From positions 1 to 64,000 of the IMG/VR virus record IMGVR_UViG_3300028591_000006: DNA of 64,000 bases; one strand, written 5' to 3'. The position numbers were made by a program, and so were the translations under genes. Each line of letters starts with the position of its first letter. Positions within the stretch are counted from its first letter, which is position 1. This DNA comes from a virus (Duplodnaviria > Heunggongvirae > Uroviricota > Caudoviricetes). Under the pieces are notes generated by a model. The model was not told the origin of the DNA. It made no database searches and was given only the letters and a program-made list of their open reading frames with translations. This document shows, piece after piece, positions 36,390 to 45,784 of the stretch.

Positions 36390-37242
36390 TTATTTTATTC
36401 TGTATACCTTTATCGTGATTGACTGCTTCTTTTCTTAAAGATGAGATATAATCCAGGGTAACATCTTCTACCTTAATACCTTCTACGAAATTCTCAATAG
36501 TCTGGTCCAGAGTTTTCTTTTCGTATCCGTTGTGATTAAACTTTTGTTCAAGTCCTATTGGAATAAACTTTACCTCTTCAGTTTCAGTATCGATAATGTA
36601 TACACCGGGAGTATAATCTTCAAAATCAGCAGCCTGTCGCATAAGACAACCGGAATTAATAACATGACGATGATTTGAACAATATTCAAAGTTCTTATGA
36701 TAATCTCCCGTAAACACCCATTGTGCAGAACTGTATTTCTCAAGTAAAGATTCAGGTGTTTCACATTCAATAAAATCAGGTTTATCTTTACTTGGCATTG
36801 TAAGAACATGCTTAAAAATTAATTTAGCATCACCATAGTCGTCTTCATCAAAATTACAGGCTTTAATATAACTTGTATCTCTAGCCATATTACGAACACA
36901 TTTTGAATTGAGAAGTACACCAATAGCTGACTTTGGAATATTGGAACTACTGTGATTAATAAGGTCGTGATTACCTGCAAAAATATAAACAGGAATGTTT
37001 TCTTTATCAGCATCCTGTGCAAAATCCTGAAGAATATATGTACATTCATTTGTTGCAGTTCTTTCACTGTGGTACAAATCTCCACCAACATCTATTTCAT
37101 CAACCTTATTTTCTTTTGCAATTTCAAGAACTCTATGTACAGACTTCTTTTGAAAATCCATCCATTCTTCAGGTGTTGCTTCAATACAACTTGGTACGGT
37201 ACTTCTTATATGCCAATCAGCCGTTATTAAATGCTTACTCAT
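36361..37242 (-). CDS. sbcD: SbcD/Mre11-family metallophosphoesterase nuclease
   Basis: Phosphoesterase motifs DWHI (motif I), GGDLYH (motif II) and AGNHD (motif III). Confidence 0.75.
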   Translation of the reverse strand: MSKHLITADWHIRSTVPSCIEATPEEWMDFQKKSVHRVLEIAKENKVDEIDVGGDLYHSERTATNECTYILQDFAQDADKENIPVYIFAGNHDLINHSSSNIPKSAIGVLLNSKCVRNMARDTSYIKACNFDEDDYGDAKLIFKHVLTMPSKDKPDFIECETPESLLEKYSSAQWVFTGDYHKNFEYCSNHRHVINSGCLMRQAADFEDYTPGVYIIDTETEEVKFIPIGLEQKFNHNGYEKKTLDQTIENFVEGIKVEDVTLDYISSLRKEAVNHDKGIQNKINDWIEQSGN

Positions 37243-37413
37243 CTATTCGTTCTCCTTTATCACATAAACAAGTTCATATTTATCATTTACATAAGGATAT
37301 TTGGTTTTATGAGAATATTCTTCTATGAATCCCTTCTCAGTTATTGGTATCTCATCTGCTGTTTCAATATCCTGTAAGAAATAATTACATCCTGTCTGAA
37401 TAATTGCTTTCAT

Positions 37414-37821
37414 TTAATTCTCCTTTGGTGGTAATACAGGACACTCTTTCCAAGCGTAAACCTGTTCATCGAAACATTCATAATCATCATCATCTTCCCA
37501 ATGGAAATCTTCTTCACAATCTGTTTCTTCTACCCAATTCAGAATTGCTCCACTCTTATATCCACGACCATTATCCATAGCAACATAATAAGAACCTTCG
37601 CTTTTTGGGAAATCTCCTTTTGACGGATAGTGCCATTCATCAGCCTTTCTTTCTTCTTTACTTTCCCAATGCTTATTCAGATAGTCTATTTCTTCTTTGG
37701 CAAAATTATAGCCAAACTCTGCACCGTCTTTCCAATCTGTAATATGATTTTTATATCCTTGAACACTTGAAGGATATTTTTTCATAATTGCTTTTTCTGC
37801 TTCTTTCTCAAACATTCTCAA
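37414..37821 (-). CDS. MFEKE-family protein, paralog 2
   Basis: MFEKEAEKA, DGAEFGYN, EWHYPSKGDFP and VYAWKECPVLP blocks. Confidence 0.55.
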   Translation of the reverse strand: MRMFEKEAEKAIMKKYPSSVQGYKNHITDWKDGAEFGYNFAKEEIDYLNKHWESKEERKADEWHYPSKGDFPKSEGSYYVAMDNGRGYKSGAILNWVEETDCEEDFHWEDDDDYECFDEQVYAWKECPVLPPKEN

Positions 37822-37999
37822 ACTCCTTTGTTTCTTCTAAAAACTTATCAATTATATCGTAATATTTACTTTCAGTTTCAAAAGAATTATAAGTTGATTG
37901 TTTATTACCCATAATCATAATTTCTCTTGCCTGTTTAATTAATTTTAGTAATCTGTAATATTCTCGATTTAGTTTATCATATCTCATATCCTGTATCAT
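37808..37999 (-). CDS. hypothetical protein (63 aa)
   Basis: Minus-strand ORF. Confidence 0.3.
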   Translation of the reverse strand: MIQDMRYDKLNREYYRLLKLIKQAREIMIMGNKQSTYNSFETESKYYDIIDKFLEETKEFENV

Positions 38000-38172
38000 T
38001 TATTTCATCTCCTTAAAGTATCTTGTAACCTGTCGATAAATGACTTTATTACCCTCACCACCTTGTATACATTTGAACTTACGCTCCAATGGAATTAAAA
38101 ACGCATTTCTTTCGGGGTTCATCATATCAACTTTTACATCTACATCAACAACATAAATCTCTTGTGGTTGTT

Positions 38173-38508
38173 TCATTCACTCTCCTTTAGTTCTGGAAGT
38201 ACAATTTCTTTCCAAGCGATAACTGTACTCATAGGAATAAAACCCCAACCTTTTGACATAAAATGATTTTCAACTTTTTCCGCAACATAGCAATTATTCA
38301 AGTCTGTATAAATTAACATATACTCTTTATCTTTCGGGAAATCCCCATCTTTCACATAATGCCATTCGTTCGCCTTGTTAAATCCGAACTCTGCACCTTT
38401 TTGAAAGGTTTTTGAATGATTATCTATATCATCAACATAGCCATTACCAAGTTCTTTTGTTGCCCATAACTTTGATTCTTTCTCAAACATAGTTACTCCT
38501 CCAAGCAC
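38173..38508 (-). CDS. MFEKE-family protein, paralog 3
   Basis: MFEKESK, KGAEFGFN, EWHYVKDGDFP and IAWKEIVLP blocks. Start uses the GGAGTAACTATG module. Confidence 0.55.
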   Translation of the reverse strand: MLGGVTMFEKESKLWATKELGNGYVDDIDNHSKTFQKGAEFGFNKANEWHYVKDGDFPKDKEYMLIYTDLNNCYVAEKVENHFMSKGWGFIPMSTVIAWKEIVLPELKESE

Positions 38509-38799
38509 TGTTTTACCCTTACATACCCAACATAGATAAAATCACGAGCAGCTATTGCATCTGTTCTCTGCTGTTCTGTAATGGTTTTATCTTTAGCAAT
38601 TGCATCTATTCTGTCCATTATGTCTATCAGTTCAAGTCTGATATTATACATTCCTTCTTGAAACATTCTTTCTGCTCCTTATTATCCTTAAAAGTATCTT
38701 TCATAGCCTGTTTATACATTTCTAACATTTCGGATTTATGCTCATTTGGAACACGATTGTATAAATCTTTTAGAAAATCTAATGTACTATAAAGTTCCA

Positions 38800-38985
38800 T
38801 TACTCACTCTTATTAAATATTTTTATAAAACACTTTTCACAAATATGTTTTGCTATATGGTCAGTTCCAGTTGTATTAAGTTTCTGTAATGCTTGAGGAA
38901 GAACCCAATAAAGATGTTTACTTGTTACGGTAAACTCAACGTTTATATTACTTCCACATAAATCGCAATTTCTCATATTACCCAT
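38800..38985 (-). CDS. zinc-ribbon protein (61 aa)
   Basis: CDLCGS...CEKC motifs. Confidence 0.35.
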   Translation of the reverse strand: MGNMRNCDLCGSNINVEFTVTSKHLYWVLPQALQKLNTTGTDHIAKHICEKCFIKIFNKSE

Positions 38986-39321
38986 TTAATTCTCCTTATT
39001 CTCAGCCCCGTGAATATAAGCCAACTTTACAAGATTATGTATTTTTCTAACAACATCTGAATCTCTGGAAATATATTTAATATGGTTTGAAACTGCTTTA
39101 GAATAAGAATATTTCTCAGCATCATCTTTTACTTTCTGCTCGTTTTCTTTCTTTAACGATTCTTCACAAATAGCATTTTGCAATTTTGTCTGTTCAAATT
39201 CAAATAATTTAGCTTTTGCTCCTGTTATGTAACCTCGAACAAACAAAGGTCTATCAATTAATGGAATTACTTCCCATTCAGGTGTTGCTGTTGCTTCTTT
39301 AATTAATTCATCATCACTCAT
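38986..39321 (-). CDS. hypothetical protein (111 aa)
   Basis: Minus-strand ORF. Confidence 0.4.
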   Translation of the reverse strand: MSDDELIKEATATPEWEVIPLIDRPLFVRGYITGAKAKLFEFEQTKLQNAICEESLKKENEQKVKDDAEKYSYSKAVSNHIKYISRDSDVVRKIHNLVKLAYIHGAENKEN

Positions 39322-39671
39322 TATTTTCTCCCTTCTTGTGTATTTATAAACTTATTCACTCGGCTAGCAAGTATAGATGCACTCTTCCAATTATCATTAT
39401 CTTTTAATTCATCTCTGAGCCATATAATTAATTTTGTAGCTTCACACAAATCCTTATACATCATTGTTGCACCTTCACAACTCTCTAAAAGACTTCGATT
39501 TTCTTCCTGTAAATCTTTTGTAGTCTGAATGGCAACTGCCGTAGCAACTTCTATCATTGGTTCTTCGAAAAGTTCAAATGATTTATCTTCCCAATCATAT
39601 TCCTGCTTTGCATAATCAATCCATTCTTTTACCTGTTTCTCAGCTTTAGCAACAATCTCATGTTCTATCAT
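39321..39671 (-). CDS. hypothetical protein (116 aa)
   Basis: Minus-strand ORF. Confidence 0.4.
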   Translation of the reverse strand: MIEHEIVAKAEKQVKEWIDYAKQEYDWEDKSFELFEEPMIEVATAVAIQTTKDLQEENRSLLESCEGATMMYKDLCEATKLIIWLRDELKDNDNWKSASILASRVNKFINTQEGRK

Positions 39672-39674
39672 TAT

Positions 39675-39896
39675 TTACTCCTTGTTCTCATATTTCTTTC
39701 TAATTTCTTTATTATAAAAATATACCTTTATATCATGAACAATCATTATAGCAGTAAGGATGATAAGTATAGCTGCTAATACAAGATTAATTATTCCATT
39801 AATCTTATGATTAGATTTAAGGTTATAATAACCAACTAAAATATTAAACACAATACAAACTAATTCAAAAATATAAACTCTCATTTCTTCTCCCAA
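39675..39896 (-). CDS. small membrane protein (73 aa, two TM helices)
   Basis: Hydrophobic helices. Confidence 0.4.
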   Translation of the reverse strand: MGEEMRVYIFELVCIVFNILVGYYNLKSNHKINGIINLVLAAILIILTAIMIVHDIKVYFYNKEIRKKYENKE

Positions 39897-40033
39897 CCTT
39901 TATCGGCAATGTAATAAATCAATGTTGCAACACAATACGCAACCATTAATTTTGTAAGAATATCTTCAGGTAAAAGAAATAAAATAACACCCTGAACGGT
40001 AATTACCAAAAGGTCTACAAGAATCTTTTTCAT

Positions 40034-40630
40034 TTATACCACCTCACTCACTTTATTTATCTTCTTGATAACAAATCGTTTATCACTGTTATCCATAAGT
40101 TCTTCAACATGAGTAACTTCAATTATCTGTATATGTAATCTTTCAGAGAATGTATGAACAACTTCTGCAACCTTTTCTCTTAAACCTTTACTGACAAATC
40201 TGAATGGTTCATCGTATACCATAACATTATCAGTATGACTAATATTAAATACTGCAACTCTTAAAGCAAAACAAAGAACATCAACTAATCCGCCACCGTT
40301 CTGTTCCTTAGGGTCTACTTCCTTACCATTCTGAAGAAGTAAGAATTCAACTTCCGTCTTACCACGAGCAGGTACATAATTAAGCTTAAATGTATACTCA
40401 TCCCCAAAACATGTTGCAAGTGCAAGATTAACAATAGTATCAATCTTTACTGAAAGTTGCTTCTGAACTTCTGTTGCTACTTCCTGACAAACAGATAATG
40501 ACTTTAGAACTTCTTCAGTTTCAACCTTAATTTCTTCAAGTCTTTGTTTACGAGATTTTAACAGTTCTTCGTTCGACTGTTTCTTTACCTTAAGAGTATT
40601 TAATTTTTCTTTTATTTCTGTGAATTCCAT
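40034..40630 (-). CDS. Rad50/SbcC-like ATPase, C-terminal half (coiled coil + signature-like + Walker B + H-loop)
   Basis: N-terminal coiled coil, then NGGGLVDVLCFALRVAVF (ABC signature-like), VMVYDEPF (Walker B) and IIEVTH (H-loop). Confidence 0.5.
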   Translation of the reverse strand: MEFTEIKEKLNTLKVKKQSNEELLKSRKQRLEEIKVETEEVLKSLSVCQEVATEVQKQLSVKIDTIVNLALATCFGDEYTFKLNYVPARGKTEVEFLLLQNGKEVDPKEQNGGGLVDVLCFALRVAVFNISHTDNVMVYDEPFRFVSKGLREKVAEVVHTFSERLHIQIIEVTHVEELMDNSDKRFVIKKINKVSEVV

Positions 40631-40634
40631 ACCT

Positions 40635-40661
40635 TAATTATAGAATTCCGGATAAACTCAG
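40635..40661 (-). promoter_or_regulatory. phage promoter upstream of the Rad50 C-half gene (CTGAGTTT-13-TATAAT)
   Basis: Full motif between the SNF2 stop and the 40630 start. Confidence 0.5.
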
Positions 40662-40664
40662 AAA

Positions 40665-42410
40665 TTATTCATATTCTATCTGAACACCTTTCTTATTCTT
40701 CAGCAGTTTTCTCTGCTTTACCTTGGCAATCATAGACTCATTTATATCTACAAACTGAGCGTTTGTATTACCATCCATAACGGCAACAATGTCTTCATAA
40801 TGTTTACTCAGACTCTCAAGCGGACCCTCATCAATCGTATCCTTTACAACAAGATAATAAATAACACATCTGTCAGCAGTCTGTCCGATTCGGCAAATCC
40901 TATCCATTGCCTGCATATGCTGAGCCGCAGTTTGTCCGAACTCGGTAAAGATAACTGTATGACTTGCTGTAAGGGTAATTCCGGTAGACGCTGCCTGAAT
41001 CTGTCCTACAAATATCTTAACTTTATCATCTGTCTGGAAAGCGTCAATCATAGACTGTCTTTTCTCAGAAGGAACAGAACCATTTATACCAACAGCCTGT
41101 TTACCGAATACCTTCATAAGTTCATCGTACATCCGGTTATGATAAGTAAAGATAACAAGTTTATCTTCTACTTCAAGCATATCCTTTATAAACTGGATAG
41201 TCGCTTCAAGTTTAATATCAACCAGAGCTTCTTTCATTTTTGCAAGGTATGTAAACTGATGGATACCTTCTTCCTGGGAAAGCAGCTCTTCTTCCATAAG
41301 GTCATATGTATTACGGCTCTTATCATCAAGGTCAAAATAAATAGGAATTGTCTGTTTCTTAGGCAGCTGAGGAAGTACATCTTCTTTCTTATGACGTATC
41401 ATGATACCCGAGAGTTTCTCACGAAGTTCGGGAATATTACTTGCACCTTTATACTCCCAGCCAAATCCATTGTAATAAGGAGCACAATATCTCTGCTTGA
41501 AATCCCATTCTTTCGGAAACAAATCAGGAGCAAGTAAATGACAGGCATTATAAAACTGTACAACCCTTGTCTCGAATGGAGTTCCAGATAAAAACATTTT
41601 CTTTACTTTAGAGTTTACTGAAATCTGTGTAACACCACGGGTTCTTACAGCCTTGGAAGATTCAATAGCCTGGACTTCATCAGCAATTATGACTTTCGGT
41701 TTAAGTACATCATTGATTATATCTACCCAGCCTTTAATCGGTATAAATGCCTTGCGGTAATAGTATCCTTTCTCCTTGGCTATCTTGATACGTTCCTTCT
41801 CTTTCTTCTGAAGTTCCTTATCATCCACACCAAGAATATCATAATTGATTATTACCACGTCAGCCTGCTTTGCACTATTGAGAATGTATTTATTTTCATA
41901 TGAGCTGCGACCATTGATTACATAAGTCTTTACATCAGGATTCCATTTCTCAAACTCAACCGCCCAGTTCGTTTTAAGGGATGCAGGGCATACTATAAGA
42001 GCCGGATAAAGGTCTGCTTTCTTAGCAAGGTACATTATGGACATAAGGCTCTTACCAGTTCCCTGGTCTGACGCAAGAAGGATATTACCGTTCATATGCA
42101 GCATCTGATATACACTTTCTTTCTGGAAAGGATACATACATTCCGGAAGATTAAGGGCGTTTATATCTTCCTTACGTTTTTCAATTACCTTATCAATTTT
42201 TGCTTTAAGTGAAAGGAATGAATCATCAAAGATTGCATTTTCTATCTTTGCAACCTCAAGGACATTCTGTACAGTACGGTTAAATGCAAAAGCATTCAAC
42301 TTTGGAAGATACTCAGCGTTGAACTTTTCTGCAAGAGAATTCAGTTTGTCCACATCAAGACGGGCAGCGTCTACAATAATTCTACTGCCATCAAATAATA
42401 CACGTGCCAT
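40665..42410 (-). CDS. SNF2/Rad54-family helicase
   Basis: Helicase motif I (ASDQGTGKS), motif II (IIADEVQAI), motif III (LSGTPFE) and motif VI (QAMDRICRIGQ). Confidence 0.8.
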   Translation of the reverse strand: MARVLFDGSRIIVDAARLDVDKLNSLAEKFNAEYLPKLNAFAFNRTVQNVLEVAKIENAIFDDSFLSLKAKIDKVIEKRKEDINALNLPECMYPFQKESVYQMLHMNGNILLASDQGTGKSLMSIMYLAKKADLYPALIVCPASLKTNWAVEFEKWNPDVKTYVINGRSSYENKYILNSAKQADVVIINYDILGVDDKELQKKEKERIKIAKEKGYYYRKAFIPIKGWVDIINDVLKPKVIIADEVQAIESSKAVRTRGVTQISVNSKVKKMFLSGTPFETRVVQFYNACHLLAPDLFPKEWDFKQRYCAPYYNGFGWEYKGASNIPELREKLSGIMIRHKKEDVLPQLPKKQTIPIYFDLDDKSRNTYDLMEEELLSQEEGIHQFTYLAKMKEALVDIKLEATIQFIKDMLEVEDKLVIFTYHNRMYDELMKVFGKQAVGINGSVPSEKRQSMIDAFQTDDKVKIFVGQIQAASTGITLTASHTVIFTEFGQTAAQHMQAMDRICRIGQTADRCVIYYLVVKDTIDEGPLESLSKHYEDIVAVMDGNTNAQFVDINESMIAKVKQRKLLKNKKGVQIEYE

Positions 42411-42412
42411 TA

Positions 42413-42424
42413 TTTAATATTAGA
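42413..42424 (-). promoter_or_regulatory. phage -10 motif (TTCTAATATTAA) 2 nt upstream of the SNF2 ATG (leaderless-type)
   Basis: TTCTAATATTAAATA-ATG. Confidence 0.35.
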
Positions 42425-42542
42425 ATCAGATTCTACCAAACTACCATCACAACGTGGGCATCTAGGTGTTCGCCATAAATCCTTTGCTAAGAAAATGATT
42501 TCTGTCTTACATTTTACACATATCAATAACTTATAATTCATA

Positions 42543-43388
42543 TCAAATATTTAATTTTTTTACTTTGTTTTTCATATTTATAAAGTTATCTTTAGCAGTT
42601 TCCTTTCTGTAACAACCACAAGATTTTGTATAACCATTTATTAAAGCAGATTCTTCAACTATCTTCTCAACTCCACAATCACACTTACATATCCAATATT
42701 CTTTTTTATTCTTATCATGTCTTTCAAGTCTTTTAATTGCGGTTAATCTGTTAAATTTTCTACCTTGAATGAAAACATCTTTGTCCTTACGTTTGGTTTC
42801 AAAACGATTTATTCTTTTATGAGAGATTTGTAATTCTCCTCTATATTCCTGTATTTGATGTTTCAATCCATGTTCTACGATATATTTATTCCTAGCTTCA
42901 AGTCCTTCTTTTTGTGTATTGAAAGTTCCTATATTCACACTTTTATCATTTATTGATAATGTAACCAACCATCTGCCCGATGATTGTAAAAACAAACCTG
43001 TATATCCACTTTTATTATTTCTGTTTTTAGACAAATGTGTATTTTGTGTAAGGTAATCTACCCATCTACAGTTAGAAGGTTCATAATCTCCATTAGGGTC
43101 GATTCTATCTATAGTTAATAAATTCCTTCCATTCCTATCAGGGATATATTTATATCCGTTATTTAGACTCCAATTATAAAAATTATCAAAATCAAACCAA
43201 TCATCGCATACCCTAATACCTTTTTCTCCATACTTTTTATAATTCTGAGAACTTGAATTAAAACACCTTTGTTTCATCGCACTCCATACAACTCTCAATT
43301 TGTTTCTTATGAAAGTTTTTTCATCTTCAATCATTTCACTTTCCGGTTTTCTATTTGCGTAATTCTTTCCTTTACTCATCTTCTTCAC
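42543..43388 (-). CDS. HNH homing endonuclease with an AP2-like DNA-binding domain and a C-terminal CxC zinc module
   Basis: LTIDRIDPNGDYEPSNCRWV is an HNH_3 motif. YTGLFLQSSGRWLVTLSINDKSVNIGTF is AP2-like. WICKCDCG...KSCGC is a zinc module. Sits between the SNF2 and DnaB genes. Confidence 0.6.
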   Translation of the reverse strand: MKKMSKGKNYANRKPESEMIEDEKTFIRNKLRVVWSAMKQRCFNSSSQNYKKYGEKGIRVCDDWFDFDNFYNWSLNNGYKYIPDRNGRNLLTIDRIDPNGDYEPSNCRWVDYLTQNTHLSKNRNNKSGYTGLFLQSSGRWLVTLSINDKSVNIGTFNTQKEGLEARNKYIVEHGLKHQIQEYRGELQISHKRINRFETKRKDKDVFIQGRKFNRLTAIKRLERHDKNKKEYWICKCDCGVEKIVEESALINGYTKSCGCYRKETAKDNFINMKNKVKKLNI

Positions 43389-44793
43389 TCTCCATTATGA
43401 GATTATCAGCCAAAATAGGTTCATCAAACATAAATTGTCCAAGAGCAAGACACTGTGGGAATACACAGCAATCCACACTCTCACCATTACGCATAACAAC
43501 ATTTCGCAAACGCATAACATGGTTCTTTTTCATCTTAGGTGTCTGCTCCATTGATATCATTGAAGTTACATGAGTTACCTTGCGATAATCTTCAGCAATC
43601 GCATTTACATCTACAACAGATGAACTATAACCTGAACGGTTTGTCTGGGTGGCTGTAATTACCGCACAATGAAAATCCATAGCAAATCCACGAAGATACT
43701 GAGTAATGGCATTGAGCTGATTTCTCAATTCCTTATCTCCACCAATCGGTCGTGTGATATCAGCATAGTCAATAATAAGAACATCCGTTACAAAGTTTTC
43801 TTTTGCAGCAAGTTCTTCTACACGGTCACAGATATCAATAACAGATGCCTTTCCAGCCGGGTAAGCAATGATTCTGAGGTTCGCACTATACTGAGTCAAC
43901 GCACGTAACTGACTTTGCAGCTCACTTACATCCCTACCCATATTTTCCTTTACGTTTATATCATAAAGTTCAATCTTGTATTTTCCCTTTTCATCCGGAC
44001 ATTCCACGAACTTACAGCTTTCATAAACACCGGGTTTTATCAGACCTGACTTTGCTCCGAACAGTTCCTTCCACACACGCTGAATCATTTCTTCACGTGT
44101 CATTTCAAGACAGACCATAGTTACATTCAGACGCTGTTTCAACGCCTCCGTTCCGAACTTCTGAAGGAACCATGACTTTCCTTTCTTAGCACCCGCCATA
44201 ATCATAATAAAGTCATTACGATGAATATTGCCTATTACGTCATTCATTTTCCCAGGCATTGTAAACAGAATCTCATCCTGTTGACGCAGAGCATTTTCAA
44301 TAATCTGCACAGCATCTTTATCGAGAAGAGCAACTTCATTCGTTTCGGTTTCTGCAACCTTATTATAGTTCTGCTGAATCTTACGGGCTTTTTTCATGTC
44401 ACGTGTATCAAGACACGCCTGAAGGTTTTCCGTATATTCAGTAAGAGCCTTATAGTCAATGAAATCTCTTCCACGGTCTACAAGGAAATCTTCATTGTTT
44501 ATGTTTATCTTAGATTCGGCAATATTCTTGAGATAATCATAAACAAGGTCTTTCAAAGCCTCATCAGCAATCTCATCACATCTTGCCTTATAGATTGACG
44601 TTACATCTTTCTTTGGTGCAACCTTGAATTTATGATAGTAATCAGTTACCCACGATACGATAACTCTTGAATAGTCACAGTCAAAATAAGTAGGCTTAAC
44701 ATAATCAAGAAGAATCTGGTCGCACTTATCTGACATAATCAGACTTGCAACAAAATCCTTCTCATTGGTGTTTTCAATAACTTCTCGTTTCAT
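43372..44793 (-). CDS. DnaB-family replicative helicase
   Basis: GKMNDVIGNIHRNDFIMIMAGAKKGKSWF (Walker A, H1), VLIIDYADI (Walker B), and a RecA-like C-terminal domain. Confidence 0.75.
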   Translation of the reverse strand: MKREVIENTNEKDFVASLIMSDKCDQILLDYVKPTYFDCDYSRVIVSWVTDYYHKFKVAPKKDVTSIYKARCDEIADEALKDLVYDYLKNIAESKININNEDFLVDRGRDFIDYKALTEYTENLQACLDTRDMKKARKIQQNYNKVAETETNEVALLDKDAVQIIENALRQQDEILFTMPGKMNDVIGNIHRNDFIMIMAGAKKGKSWFLQKFGTEALKQRLNVTMVCLEMTREEMIQRVWKELFGAKSGLIKPGVYESCKFVECPDEKGKYKIELYDINVKENMGRDVSELQSQLRALTQYSANLRIIAYPAGKASVIDICDRVEELAAKENFVTDVLIIDYADITRPIGGDKELRNQLNAITQYLRGFAMDFHCAVITATQTNRSGYSSSVVDVNAIAEDYRKVTHVTSMISMEQTPKMKKNHVMRLRNVVMRNGESVDCCVFPQCLALGQFMFDEPILADNLIMESEEDE

Positions 44794-44798
44794 ATATT

Positions 44799-44828
44799 TT
44801 ATAATAATAGAATTATATCTTTTTTCAG
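44799..44828 (-). promoter_or_regulatory. phage promoter (CTGAAAAA-13-TATTAT) abutting the DnaB ATG
   Basis: Motif variant. The -10 lies 4-9 nt before the ATG at 44793. Confidence 0.4.
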
Positions 44829-45775
44829 AAAATCGGAATGTCTTCGATATCTACAACAACCTTTTCAGTTTTCTGTTCAACCTTTGCAAACGACTCATCT
44901 GTATAATAACTGTCAATACTTTTCGGCATCTGTTTGAGTGCATTAAACTTTCCGTCTGCTATTCCGTTTCTCAACCACTCCTTGAACATCCCGTCAAGCA
45001 TGTCAGAACCATATCCGTTCAGCCTGAAGTAATAAGCATTGATTACAGGATTATCACCTTCCTTCCACTTCAGACGTTTCATCATGAATGTCCGGAAATC
45101 CTTAAAAGGATTTCCATCTTCACAGGCAGAAATAAAATCTCCGTAAATATTCGGAAAGGCTTTACGGAAACATCTGAGCCATCTTGTCCAGTCTTCCATA
45201 TCATACCAGAACAAAAGTTGCTGATGTTTAACCTTGAAATGCTTGTTTGCAAAACTCTCGGCACTTTCAAGAATCAAAGGATGTACATTCTCCTTGATTT
45301 TATTTATCGTGATATTCGAGTTGTAATCATGCGACATCTTCGGCTCATTGATAAACTTCATAAAGTTACTGTCAAAGCAGCCATCATTATTAAATCTGAC
45401 AGAACCTTCAAAGAAAGTTGCAAAAGATATATCCTCAAGGAATTTCTTGTTGAATGGCATACGGTCTTTGTCTTTGGCAAGTTCGTAGTTATTAAGGGCA
45501 TTGAGAATGATTGTCCTTACCATACCCCACGAACCTTTAACGGCCTTTACCTTGTCATTCACATGCTCCATATTGTACTGGCTGATACGTGAATATACAA
45601 AGTTATGGCGGAGGAATGTTCCGTCATAAAGTTCACGGATAAACCACGCATTACGGGCATATACCGGACTTTCAGGTTTAGGATTGTTATTCTTCAGACG
45701 CATAAGCATCTGACTGATAATAGCCGTTACATGAGGGTCGTATTTCGGACCATCATCAAACAAAGGGGTAGCCAT
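44825..45775 (-). CDS. hypothetical protein (316 aa), replication-module neighbour
   Basis: Minus-strand ORF. Confidence 0.45.
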   Translation of the reverse strand: MATPLFDDGPKYDPHVTAIISQMLMRLKNNNPKPESPVYARNAWFIRELYDGTFLRHNFVYSRISQYNMEHVNDKVKAVKGSWGMVRTIILNALNNYELAKDKDRMPFNKKFLEDISFATFFEGSVRFNNDGCFDSNFMKFINEPKMSHDYNSNITINKIKENVHPLILESAESFANKHFKVKHQQLLFWYDMEDWTRWLRCFRKAFPNIYGDFISACEDGNPFKDFRTFMMKRLKWKEGDNPVINAYYFRLNGYGSDMLDGMFKEWLRNGIADGKFNALKQMPKSIDSYYTDESFAKVEQKTEKVVVDIEDIPIF

Positions 45776-45784
45776 AAAATCTCC

